Of a DNA stretch of 52,647 nt, positions 9,001 through 17,509 are shown piece by piece (the stretch's first letter is position 1; every line of letters begins with the position of its first letter). Both the position numbers and the translations under genes were made by a program. Source of the DNA: Candidatus Woesearchaeota archaeon. GTDB lineage: Archaea > Nanobdellota > Nanobdellia > Woesearchaeales > GW2011-AR4. A model generated the notes under the pieces. The model ran no database searches. It was not told the origin of the DNA and saw nothing but the letters and a program-made list of their open reading frames with translations. The stretch lies in assembly GCA_018303505.1 (NCBI GenBank), contig JAGVYA010000044.1, positions 1-52,647 of the forward strand, written 5' to 3'.

Positions 9001-12000
9001 CTGGCAACTTTCTGTGCTAATCTGGCATTTGTTATTGCACACCAAATTACCTCCTGTGAAGAATGTTGGGTTGTATCCTTTGCATGTTCCATCCGAAGGT
9101 CCAAAATTCTTGCCGTCGCAGGATTCGCCTTGGTCAATTATGCTGTTGCCACATTTTGATTTTTCCACACAGCCACTTGTATCAAGCTGGCATGTTGCTG
9201 GGTTGCATTTAAAAGTTCCGCTAATGAAATCTTTGTAGTCGGTGCATTCGTTAATTGCTCCAAATAAATTTCCATCACAATCCTCATTTTCATCTATCTT
9301 GCCATTGCCGCAAGTTGGTACATCAATACATCCGCTTAAATCCAGGAGGCAATTGCTTGTACAATCTATGTCACCGCCAATAAAGTTAGAGTAATCAGTA
9401 CACTCATTAATAAACCCAAATACGTTACCATCACAAAGCTCACCACTTTCTATTTTGTTATTGCCACATTTTGTAGATGCAATACAACCAGATGTATCGA
9501 GCAGGCAATTACTCGTGCATTTCAAAATGCCGCCCTCAAACTCGTCGAAGTCTGTGCATTTACTTATTGCCCCAAATACATTTGTGTCACAAGCCTCGCC
9601 TGAATTTACTACCTTATCTCCACAGAATGAGATGCCTGATGTTGGTACACATAGTGCTGTGTTGAATGTGCAGTCTCCTTTGCATGATAATGCGCCACTT
9701 GCATAGCCTAATGATTGGCATGTTTTTCCATCTAAAGATGTTTTGTCACATTCTGGCTTATCTACAACTGTATCGCCGCAGTATTTTGGCTCTGGGTCAG
9801 AGCAACCAGTTGCGTCAAACTTACATGATGATAAACATTTAAGAGTTCCCTGCTTTAAGCCAAGTGTCTGGCAGGATTTCCCTCCTAAATCGCTTGCATC
9901 ACAGTCTTCGCTCACTTGGTTTTTTACTTCATCTCCACATTTTGGAAGTATTGTTGCTGAGCATTCTGAGAAATCAAAGGAGCAATCTCCTTTGCACGAC
10001 AATTGGCCTCCAGAGAAGGCAGCAAAGGAAGTGCATGCTTTGCCGTTTAAGTTAGAACTGTCGCAGTCTTCATTTATGCCTGCCGTATTTGGTCTTTGCA
10101 CAAATGTATCTCCACAGTATTTGTCAGTTGGGGCTTTGAGGCAGCTGCTAGTGTCATAGTTGCAGCCCGATGTGCATCTTAATGTTCCTCCAAGAGAATA
10201 CCCAAGTGATTTGCAGGTGTTGCCTCCTAAATCTGAGGCATCACAGTCTTCGCTGTTTCTCTTTGCATCTCCGCAGATTGGATCTGCAGGTTTTTCTATG
10301 CAGTCAGTTGTATCAATCTGGCAGTTTTTGCATTTTAGATTGCCGCTTTCAAAATTGTTGTTGAAACCTTTGCATGTTCCATCTAAATTGCCAAAGTTTG
10401 TACCATCGCAAAGCTCGCCTGTGTCCAAATTGCCATTGCCGCATTTTGTTGAAACGCATTCTGAAGTGTCAAGCTTGCAATCGTTGGAGCATTTGATAGT
10501 GCCTTCAACAAAGAAGGTGCTATAGTCAGCGCAGTTGCCTGACAATGGACCTAGATTTGCGCCGTCGCATGCTTCGCCTTTTTCAACAGCTCCGTTGCCG
10601 CATTTTGGTTTTTCAATGCAGCTTGTTGTGTCAAGCTGACATGCTGAATTGCATTTAAGTGTGCCTCCGCTGAATGTAGAGAAGTCTGTACAACTCTTTA
10701 TTGCACCAAACTTAGTGCCGTCGCATTGCTCGCCAACATTAAGAACACCATTCCCGCATGTTCCTTGTATGCCTTGGCATTTTGAGGTATCAATTTTGCA
10801 ATTACTGCAACTGATTGTTCCTCCTGTGAACGTTGAAGGATTGTATTCAGCACAGTCGCCAGATAATGGACCTAGGTTAGTGCCATCGCAGGATTCGCCT
10901 GCATCAATGGCGCCATTTCCACATTTTGGTTTTTCAATGCAGCTTGTTGTGTCAAGCTGACACGTCGCAGTGCACCTTAAAGTGCCGCCAGAGAATGATG
11001 CACTATAAGAAGTACATGTCTTTATTTGACCAAATATAGCGCCGTCGCATGCTTCTCCTGGGTCAAGGAAATTATTGCCGCAAGTTGGTACTTTTATACA
11101 GCCTGATGGATCCAAGTTACAATCATTTGTACACCTTAAAGTTCCTCCAATAAAGTTTGTATAATCTGTGCAATCATTTATTGAGCCAAATACTGCTACG
11201 CCTTTGTCTGGATCACAAAGTTCGCCTGGACCTAGCTTGCTATCCCCGCAAAATCCTCCTGTGGTTACATCTTTACAACCGGAAGTGTCAATTTGGCAAT
11301 TTGTGCATTTTAAGTTGCCACTGACAAAAGTGTTTGAGTACGAAACACAAGTTCCATCTAGGTTGCCGAAGTTAGTTCCATCGCATGATTCAGCTGCATC
11401 TATGAATCCGTTGCCGCAAGTTACCTTTTGAAGACAACTTTCAGTTGAAATCATGCAATTATTTGTGCATTGCAATAATCCACTTATGAAAGAATCACTA
11501 TAAGAAGCACAATTTTTATCAAACTTGCCAAAGTCTGTGCCATCGCATTGCTCATTGTTAATTACTTCAAGTATATTGTTGCCACAGGCACCTTTTTTTG
11601 CACAATTTGAAGTGTCAATCTTACAATTACTTGTGCAACTTAATGTTCCACTCTCAAACGAACTGCTGTAAGCTGCACAGCTTGTACTCAAATTACCGAA
11701 GTTTGTGCTGTCACATTCTTCTGCATCGTCAATAATTTTGTTGCCACACAAAGGAGCTTCTTGGCATCCAGTTGTATCCAGCTTGCAATTGCTGCTGCAT
11801 TTTATGGTTCCTCCAGAGAAATAACTACTATAATCAGCACAATTTCCACTTAAAAAACCAATGTTGCTACCATCGCATTCTTCGCTTGGATCGATCAAGC
11901 TATTTCCACATTTTGGCGTAGGAGCGCAGCCTTTTGTATCTAAGTTGCAGTTATTGCAACTCAATATTCCGCCTGAAAATCCTAAGTCAAAGCAACTGTC

Positions 12001-12186
12001 TATAACTCCAAACAAGCTACCATCGCATTTCTCATTTATGTTTATTGCGCCATCTCCACAAGTTCCAGTTGTGCCAAAGCAGCTGCTTGTGTCAAGTTTG
12101 CATGCATTGCACTTTATCGTGCCTCCTGTGAATAAGTTTGAGTATTGGTGCATTTGCTCGTGTCCATAAAGCAGTTTGATGCGCAT
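5977..12186 (-). CDS. Giant cysteine-rich repeat surface protein, 2069-aa ORF (probable C-terminal part of a ~3.4-kaa protein)
   Basis: By eye there are about 31 tandem 50-60-aa units of the form CG(N/D)G..D.GE.CD....G.....C..Y...F..G.L.C...C..DTS.C. These are followed by CxxDxDCxxxFC-type modules, DTDGDG/DPDNDG TSP3-like repeats, a TM segment (ILMFIFGIVVLISGCGYLAYRFV) and a K/E/R-rich tail. There is no N-terminal signal peptide. Confidence 0.85.
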   Translation of the reverse strand: MRIKLLYGHEQMHQYSNLFTGGTIKCNACKLDTSSCFGTTGTCGDGAININEKCDGSLFGVIDSCFDLGFSGGILSCNNCNLDTKGCAPTPKCGNSLIDPSEECDGSNIGFLSGNCADYSSYFSGGTIKCSSNCKLDTTGCQEAPLCGNKIIDDAEECDSTNFGNLSTSCAAYSSSFESGTLSCTSNCKIDTSNCAKKGACGNNILEVINNEQCDGTDFGKFDKNCASYSDSFISGLLQCTNNCMISTESCLQKVTCGNGFIDAAESCDGTNFGNLDGTCVSYSNTFVSGNLKCTNCQIDTSGCKDVTTGGFCGDSKLGPGELCDPDKGVAVFGSINDCTDYTNFIGGTLRCTNDCNLDPSGCIKVPTCGNNFLDPGEACDGAIFGQIKTCTSYSASFSGGTLRCTATCQLDTTSCIEKPKCGNGAIDAGESCDGTNLGPLSGDCAEYNPSTFTGGTISCSNCKIDTSKCQGIQGTCGNGVLNVGEQCDGTKFGAIKSCTDFSTFSGGTLKCNSACQLDTTSCIEKPKCGNGAVEKGEACDGANLGPLSGNCADYSTFFVEGTIKCSNDCKLDTSECVSTKCGNGNLDTGELCDGTNFGNLDGTCKGFNNNFESGNLKCKNCQIDTTDCIEKPADPICGDAKRNSEDCDASDLGGNTCKSLGYSLGGTLRCTSGCNYDTSSCLKAPTDKYCGDTFVQRPNTAGINEDCDSSNLNGKACTSFAAFSGGQLSCKGDCSFDFSECSATILPKCGDEVKNQVSEDCDASDLGGKSCQTLGLKQGTLKCLSSCKFDATGCSDPEPKYCGDTVVDKPECDKTSLDGKTCQSLGYASGALSCKGDCTFNTALCVPTSGISFCGDKVVNSGEACDTNVFGAISKCTDFDEFEGGILKCTSNCLLDTSGCIASTKCGNNKIESGELCDGNVFGFINECTDYSNFIGGDIDCTSNCLLDLSGCIDVPTCGNGKIDENEDCDGNLFGAINECTDYKDFISGTFKCNPATCQLDTSGCVEKSKCGNSIIDQGESCDGKNFGPSDGTCKGYNPTFFTGGNLVCNNKCQISTESCQGVVGGTCGNNIINVGEDCDGNLFGAINECKDYKDFSSGLLACNNCQLDTSKCNPMPKCGNGVVNTGESCDKTNLGIISSSCKEYSSFFSAGSLTCTSNCQLDTGGCIIAQTCGNGFIDDKEQCDGSNLGNIGTSCASYSNSFQSGTLKCNSNCQISTENCAEKPKCGNGVIDTGETCDGTNFGNLDGTCKSYSNNFASGNLKCVSCQIDTSACQGAPPGVCGDNVINNNEDCDGTTFGTINDCTDYQSFVAGTLRCSASCQLDTSSCIEKGCGNLFIDTGEECDKTVFGAVKKCSDISAYDSGVLSCSNECHLDVSGCTKINQKICGDGDVDSGEICDDKGPTFGAIKTCTHFNNFISGSLGCNKCQIDTTNCVLQPYCGNKVIETGEHCDSSFYGAIDSCLDLGFGGGTLTCASNCFMDTSQYSNLFTGGTIKCNACKLDTSSCFGTTGTCGDGIINLGESCDGTSLGSIKDCANYGDFAGGTLKCGNTCKLDTTACVPKPKCGNNLIDPGEECDSSNLGAINTSCASYSNSFQSGILKCTSDCKLDTFGCQQAPKCGNKLLDPGETCDSINFGDLTDLSCRVYSTNFINGSLSCSNCRISTGSCNSNTTALQISCKDRGDCQLNEPCTDNSDCESRFCFNNKCSGSSCEDEIRNQGESAIDCGGPCLKCQNSQTCNTNSDCQSNFCSFGFCKPQESCSDSKLSPGESDVDCGGYCPTKCSEGSSCNVNEDCVDGIECISHVCKKSTTPNVEQGTRDTDGDGLPDEWEIQNGLNPNDPNDAGLDPDNDGLTNSEEFEVHKTYAQSTDPNLADTDGDGFTDKEEIDKGTSPVDPEDFPKSNLKKILMFIFGIVVLISGCGYLAYRFVQKRKEEKFEMPRQREMPRAIPPQQARQIPLRQKEEEIRIRESLKRREEQKAKERESLFGKFAEGKETAKEEPKGIKAEQKVVKEEKKHVQEIKKKIQKPAKPKKTKTLAKKPKEDVFIRLKQIAKDARKKRPAMRKNAKK
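7636..7812. repeat. Copy A of a 177-nt duplicated segment (in-frame version)
   Basis: 7636-7735 equals 12049-12148, and 7736-7812 equals 12157-12233. Copy B carries 8 extra nt (tgcatttg, 12149-12156). Confidence 0.9.
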
Positions 12187-12233
12187 GTTAAAGTCCCTCC
12201 TCCAAAGCCCAAATCAAGGCAGCTGTCAATTGC
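12049..12233. repeat. Copy B of the duplicated segment, with the 8-nt indel at the junction of the 1396-aa and 2069-aa ORFs
   Basis: Direct comparison with 7636-7812. The extra 8 nt shift the frame exactly where the upstream ORF terminates (stop at 12114-12116). Confidence 0.9.
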
Positions 12234-15200
12234 TCCAAATAATTTACCATCACAATGCTCTCCTTTCTGTAATATTCTATCTCCGCAGAATGGTTGTTGA
12301 ATGCAGTTTGTTGTATCTGGCAAGCAAGTTGTTAGAGAACATAGCAATTCGCCACCAATAAAGTTGGTGTAGTCTGTACACTCGTTAATTGGACCAAAAA
12401 TAGTAGTTCCATTGGCATTCTCGCAAAGCTCGCCAGGATCAAGGCTGCCATCTCCGCAGAATGCTTTTGCCTTGCATAAGGACTGTTCAACCATAATGCC
12501 ATCGCTGTTTTTAGGTAAGCCGACTAATCCTACAAAATTTTTTGCATTCGATTTGAAATAATATTGGGTATTGTCTTCTAAATTTAAATTTTGGACCCAA
12601 ATCCATTCATCACCAATAAAAGATTGTATTAAGGCTGTAACTGGTTTATTATCCAGTTTTTTTATTAGTGAATAGAAATACTCTTTAATTCCTGTTTCAG
12701 CATCTTCCCCAAGGAATTTAACTCTTAGGCGGTCTGTCAAGCATGTTTTATCTGGGGGAAAGCTTTCTGTGCTTGTATCATCAACAAAAAGCATTACAGG
12801 GGCTGTAACATCTATTAAAAATTGGATTACTTTTACATCAGAAAATGCTCCTAAGAACTGGTCTTTGCAAACTACGAAAAATGTATGCTCGCCGGGTGCT
12901 AATTTTAATTGCCTTGTGTGAATATAGCCTGGTGCTCCGAATATTTCCCCTGATTGGGCCGTGCTGTCTGTTTCTGAAAACTTACATTGTGATTTTTTGT
13001 TTGTTTCGATAGACAGCAAAACATTTGTTGTATTGAAGAATTCTAGCGTATGTGAAATGATTGACATTGGAATTGATAAGTCGACCTTGATTTGGATTTC
13101 CTTGACCTCTGATTCAAGTTCTGCCCTGTTTTCACATGCAACAAAATACACATGATTCCCTTCATTTTCCAAGGTGATTAACTGTTTATTTATTGTTTTA
13201 AAGCTAGCATTTTTGGATCCTTCAAATTGACCTTCCATAGAATCAAAATCCTTTGAAACAGTACTAAATTTGCAAACAACTGGCTCATTAGCTTCTGCTG
13301 TCAATGTTGTAGTTGATGGCTTCTCAATAACGGGGTTTGGAAATGCAAATGCATTAATTAACCCTGGTGGTGTTGTGTCAACATTTATATCGAAAATTTT
13401 AAATGCAGTTCCATGCCTATCTTGGCACCTTATATAGAGTTTATGGGTGCTCGTATCGCCAGTTGCTATCTTGTTGAAATTTGTAACAGTATGCATAGTC
13501 CCGTCTGTAATTGTGAATTTGTCCATAAAATTAAATTCAAAATTATCATCTAGAGAATATCTGCAAATTGCATTATTATCAGTTTCTATAACAATATCAA
13601 AAATATACTTAGATGATGTGCCAAATCTTGGATTTACAAGACTTATCGTTGTTGGATTTGCATCAACTATGAATTCAATATTTTTTTTAACGCTATTTTT
13701 GGCAAAGTCCATTGCATCGACTTCTAGTTTTTTATTGCCGTCTAACAAGTTTAATGTTGCTGTGAATAACTTATTGTCTATTGTTGTAAACCTATCTTTT
13801 ATCTCATCAGAATTTAACTGAACTGTATTTAGATTAACCTCTTTATCAAATATTAGTTGTATAGTTACAATTGATTTATTTAATATCGCACCATCAGAAG
13901 GTATAATAGTCAATATAGGATTGATATTATCAATAACGATGATTTGTGATAATGGCGGGTCCATAAAGATATTTTCTTTGTTTTTGGCATTTAATTCGAA
14001 AGTGTACTCCCCATTAGGTAGAACCTCGCCAACCACAAAGTTAACCTTATTGTTAAGTTCTAAACTTGCTGGGAAAGTAACTATTGATCCTGTTTTTTTG
14101 TTAATAAGCCTCGAATAAGTCACAATTGTTGGCTCAAAAAATTGAACTTCTATCGTTGGTTTTTGATTGCTTGTATATATTTTGTCCAATATTTTTGTAC
14201 CACCAGTTATATTAATGCTCAACACTTTTGGTCCAGCTGTTCCGCTATGAGCATCTATGTTTATCTTCTTGACTTCTCCTATGTTTTTGGATGGGTCCTG
14301 TGAATAATATCTAATTACACCAATCCCTTCGTTTAAGGTTAATAATCTGCTCCCGTTGTTGCCATCATAAGCATTTAGATTGCTTATTACTATAAGCCTA
14401 CTCGATGTAGAAATACTGTAAGGATGCCCATTAAATCCGCAAGGCTCTACGCAAAGATATGTTAAATAGTCTTGAGATGTCTTCAGAATTATTGAGCTGT
14501 TAATACTTGTCCTATCATAAACCATTATGACAAGGCTATCAACTATTCCTTTTTTTATTATTGGCGTTAATGTCACATTAGGAGCAAAATAATCACGCTC
14601 ACAGGCTTTTGTAGTGCAGTCCGCCTTATCATCGCCATCTGCATTCTTAAAACATTTGCTGTTTATGTTTTGGCACACCCCAATTGCACAATTGTCTAGA
14701 GAAGGGTTTAAAATTTTGTTTTTCTCATCATGCGTTATTTGTGTATTGCTACATTGTTCTGTGCCATAATCGCTACAAACAATATCTCCGCAATTTCTTG
14801 ATTGTCCACTGCTGAAATAGCACTTATACTCGCCAACAGACAATGCCTCAGACTTTTGCTGAGTGCAGAAATCAAAAACTTCGTTGAAAGCCCTTAAATT
14901 CTCTAAAGACTTTGTTCCTTTCTTTTCACACCATTGGCAGTTATATTCACTTGTACTCACGCATGCCCCTATGCCAATCTGATTTGCCAGGCTTTTCCAT
15001 TTGCAGTTTCCGATGCGGCAGTTGTCTCTGCTGCATGCCTCTCCTGTTTTATAGTCGTAACATGCCATTGATGTGTCGCATGCAAAGCAAGAATCCACAG
15101 TTGAGTGCGACTTATCATAAAAACAGTACCTATCATTTTCACAGGCATCCAAAGTGTAATATAAGCCAAATGGGTTTGCATTATTGTAATTACAGCTGAT

Positions 15201-16304
15201 TTTGCTTAAGCATGATGGCTTGTTATTATTAACAACACAGATTTGTGTTGGAGAGCATGAAGTTCCTTCCGGTATGAGTTTGTTGACTGTGTCGCATGAA
15301 AATGCCTTGTTAAGCCTGTCTCCAAATTTGTTTTTGATTCCAAGAGAAAAATCTTTCAAGAAAATTTCTGGAAAATTTGCTAACAGATAGTTTCTGTATC
15401 TATTGTAATATGAATCATGTATGCAGAAATTATTAGACGAGAATTGCTTCATGCATTCTATGCTGCCTAAAGTTGCTGTTTTTGTTATTGCGGGAGTAGC
15501 TGTTTGCAGATTGTATCTTGATTTGATTTGGTATGTGTATGTTGTGTCAAATAGTAAATCACCAGACACATCTTCAAAAGAATTGGTGTTGGTTATGCCT
15601 ACAAGAGCAAAATTTGTACAACCGCTTTCTTTGCACCTTAATACATCATAAGACACTGCTGTTTCGCTGCACTCGTCTTTCCATCTAAGCAAAAATGTCT
15701 TTTGCCCCTTGACTGGGATTACTTCCAAATTGCTCAATTTTGGCATGTAATTTGGGTTGCTGCAGCCAGCACCCTCTGTAACACAGCTTCCTCCTGATTC
15801 GGCATTATCAGCAGGGCTTGTGCAGCCTAGGTCGCCACCTTCAAAATCCGCACATCCATTGTTGTCATTGTCTATGGCGTCATTACATTGCGGGACTGGG
15901 CATACAAGATTGCAGTTTGTTTGGCCTTTGTAAAAAGTCAGCCCAGTTCCTTTGCACTGCGCTTCAGGCTTAATCGAACCTCCTAATTCAGAGCAACAGC
16001 AACCAAGAGCGCATGCAGTTATCGTTAGGTCTGAGCACGCTTTATTGAGAAAAAAGAAATTGGCTGCACATTCATTTGAGTTGGTTGGGCCATCTGGATT
16101 TTGCTGCGATTTGTAATAGCCTGGAAAGCTTGCTTCTGGTTTTGGGCAGCATTCCTTATCCCTTAAAGCAAGCCTGTCTGTTGAGCATGTTAAAGGACCA
16201 GCGCCAGGGTTGCTGCAGCACCCAACTTCATCAGCAAAGGCAGTGTTTAAACTAACAAAGAATATAAAAATTAGTACAAGCGCCTCTTTTTTTATCCTGC
16301 TCAT
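12114..16304 (-). CDS. Giant secreted multidomain surface protein, 1396-aa ORF (probable N-terminal part of the fused giant protein)
   Basis: Cleavable-looking signal peptide MSRIKKEALVLIFIFFVSLNTAFA/DE. Cys-rich N-terminus, an FN3-like segment and long beta-rich repeats. The last ~110 aa are two of the same 6-Cys repeats as in the downstream ORF. Confidence 0.8.
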   Translation of the reverse strand: MSRIKKEALVLIFIFFVSLNTAFADEVGCCSNPGAGPLTCSTDRLALRDKECCPKPEASFPGYYKSQQNPDGPTNSNECAANFFFLNKACSDLTITACALGCCCSELGGSIKPEAQCKGTGLTFYKGQTNCNLVCPVPQCNDAIDNDNNGCADFEGGDLGCTSPADNAESGGSCVTEGAGCSNPNYMPKLSNLEVIPVKGQKTFLLRWKDECSETAVSYDVLRCKESGCTNFALVGITNTNSFEDVSGDLLFDTTYTYQIKSRYNLQTATPAITKTATLGSIECMKQFSSNNFCIHDSYYNRYRNYLLANFPEIFLKDFSLGIKNKFGDRLNKAFSCDTVNKLIPEGTSCSPTQICVVNNNKPSCLSKISCNYNNANPFGLYYTLDACENDRYCFYDKSHSTVDSCFACDTSMACYDYKTGEACSRDNCRIGNCKWKSLANQIGIGACVSTSEYNCQWCEKKGTKSLENLRAFNEVFDFCTQQKSEALSVGEYKCYFSSGQSRNCGDIVCSDYGTEQCSNTQITHDEKNKILNPSLDNCAIGVCQNINSKCFKNADGDDKADCTTKACERDYFAPNVTLTPIIKKGIVDSLVIMVYDRTSINSSIILKTSQDYLTYLCVEPCGFNGHPYSISTSSRLIVISNLNAYDGNNGSRLLTLNEGIGVIRYYSQDPSKNIGEVKKINIDAHSGTAGPKVLSINITGGTKILDKIYTSNQKPTIEVQFFEPTIVTYSRLINKKTGSIVTFPASLELNNKVNFVVGEVLPNGEYTFELNAKNKENIFMDPPLSQIIVIDNINPILTIIPSDGAILNKSIVTIQLIFDKEVNLNTVQLNSDEIKDRFTTIDNKLFTATLNLLDGNKKLEVDAMDFAKNSVKKNIEFIVDANPTTISLVNPRFGTSSKYIFDIVIETDNNAICRYSLDDNFEFNFMDKFTITDGTMHTVTNFNKIATGDTSTHKLYIRCQDRHGTAFKIFDINVDTTPPGLINAFAFPNPVIEKPSTTTLTAEANEPVVCKFSTVSKDFDSMEGQFEGSKNASFKTINKQLITLENEGNHVYFVACENRAELESEVKEIQIKVDLSIPMSIISHTLEFFNTTNVLLSIETNKKSQCKFSETDSTAQSGEIFGAPGYIHTRQLKLAPGEHTFFVVCKDQFLGAFSDVKVIQFLIDVTAPVMLFVDDTSTESFPPDKTCLTDRLRVKFLGEDAETGIKEYFYSLIKKLDNKPVTALIQSFIGDEWIWVQNLNLEDNTQYYFKSNAKNFVGLVGLPKNSDGIMVEQSLCKAKAFCGDGSLDPGELCENANGTTIFGPINECTDYTNFIGGELLCSLTTCLPDTTNCIQQPFCGDRILQKGEHCDGKLFGAIDSCLDLGFGGGTLTCASNCFMDTSKCTNTQTYSQEAR

Positions 16305-17509
16305 ATTCTATTGATAGTTATGATTTGGTAATCAGATAATTGTCCGTCATTAACTTCTACCTTAAATTTAATTTGTGGCACATTCAATACTTTTGGCAAT
16401 GAAGGTGTGATGGTAATTGTATAATTATCCTCATCAGGATCTTCTGCTTTTAATTGTGAGTTTTGCAATAAATCTTCTTTTTTTATTTCATAGTTTTGTG
16501 GGAATTGCAAAGTTGTTTTTCTTATATAATGAAGCACAGGTGCTCTGTTACGTCTAGCAAATATGTACTCAGATGGCTTGCCAGATATTAATGATTTTTC
16601 GTCAGTTATAATAATTAAATCATCATTAGAAAATATATTTTCGATTAATTTAATGTTTATAAAATCTTTACTATTGTTAATGTTTCCAATATCAAATTTT
16701 ATATTTTTAATATCGTTTTCGATTAATTCTTTTGCAAAAAAATAGACATCTCTGAGCCTTATATTTAAGCTAGTTGAGAATTTGTTAAGCTCAGTAAATT
16801 CTTTTGTTGCTTGATTAGTTATTATTATTGGAACTTTTGATGCAACACTTACATCGCCGCTTCCTATAATAACAGATGTTTTTGATGGCTGCATTTCTAT
16901 GCTAAAGCCTTGTTTTTCAAAAATATTAAAGTCTAAGCAGCTTGCTATGTTATTGTCTATGAAAGATTCTATCTGGACTTGAATTGAATTTGGGCCTCCA
17001 GAAGAGTTTAATGGTGGAATGTGGTTTATGCCAAAAAACCCTTCAAATACCTCTGCATTTGAGGTTGCTGTCCTATAAGGGAATGTCCGCCATGGATACT
17101 CTGGAATTTCTGAAGAATATGGGAAAGGTGAATATAGACTGGGCTCTATGGCTAATGCAGGGGGCAATACATTGTAAGCCACATTCAAATTGTTGTAGTT
17201 GACAAAAAACAATCCTTCATCTGTATCTTGATAATCAACTAAAGTGCCACCTTGGCTTATGTATATGTAGCCTCCTTGCCTGCCCAATAGCACAACTGCA
17301 TCTTTTGCAAGCTTATCAAGGCATTTTGCTACAAACTCCTTTATTGAATATGTGTCAATTGCAGTCTCCTGTATTCCTTTTATATTCTGCTGGCTTTGCT
17401 TTTTTACTGCTGACTTGGAAAGGTACAAAATCAAGCTTACCACTATAAAAAGAACTAAGCCAACTATCATTAGCATTGTGACCTGTGATTTTAAAGATTT
17501 AGTGCTCAT
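16301..17509 (-). CDS. Pilin-like / N-terminally anchored protein, 402 aa
   Basis: MSTKSLKSQVTMLMIVGLVLFIVVSLILYL shows KS-Q followed by a hydrophobic helix. There are ATGA overlaps at both ends. Confidence 0.55.
   Translation of the reverse strand: MSTKSLKSQVTMLMIVGLVLFIVVSLILYLSKSAVKKQSQQNIKGIQETAIDTYSIKEFVAKCLDKLAKDAVVLLGRQGGYIYISQGGTLVDYQDTDEGLFFVNYNNLNVAYNVLPPALAIEPSLYSPFPYSSEIPEYPWRTFPYRTATSNAEVFEGFFGINHIPPLNSSGGPNSIQVQIESFIDNNIASCLDFNIFEKQGFSIEMQPSKTSVIIGSGDVSVASKVPIIITNQATKEFTELNKFSTSLNIRLRDVYFFAKELIENDIKNIKFDIGNINNSKDFINIKLIENIFSNDDLIIITDEKSLISGKPSEYIFARRNRAPVLHYIRKTTLQFPQNYEIKKEDLLQNSQLKAEDPDEDNYTITITPSLPKVLNVPQIKFKVEVNDGQLSDYQIITINRI

Larger units (their letters stand above)
7180..12480 (-). 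repeat. Tandem array of about 33 six-Cys ~55-aa coding repeats spanning the two giant ORFs
   Basis: The repeat periodicity is visible in the translation. Units share long exact nucleotide matches, for example a 45-nt block at 8916-8960 and 9244-9288, and a near-identical (1 mismatch) 53-nt block at 10589-10641 and 10917-10969. Confidence 0.8.

Noticed and set aside
6173-12169. About 25 plus-strand ORFs of 60-140 aa tiled across the giant gene, for example 6560-6952, 7910-8263, 9743-10159 and 10160-10525.
   Set aside because: They lie antisense to a 2069-aa ORF with a clear repeat and domain structure. Their translations are low-complexity Ser/Pro/Leu-rich, with no starts in good context. They arise because the Cys/Gly/Asp-rich repeat has few antisense stop codons.
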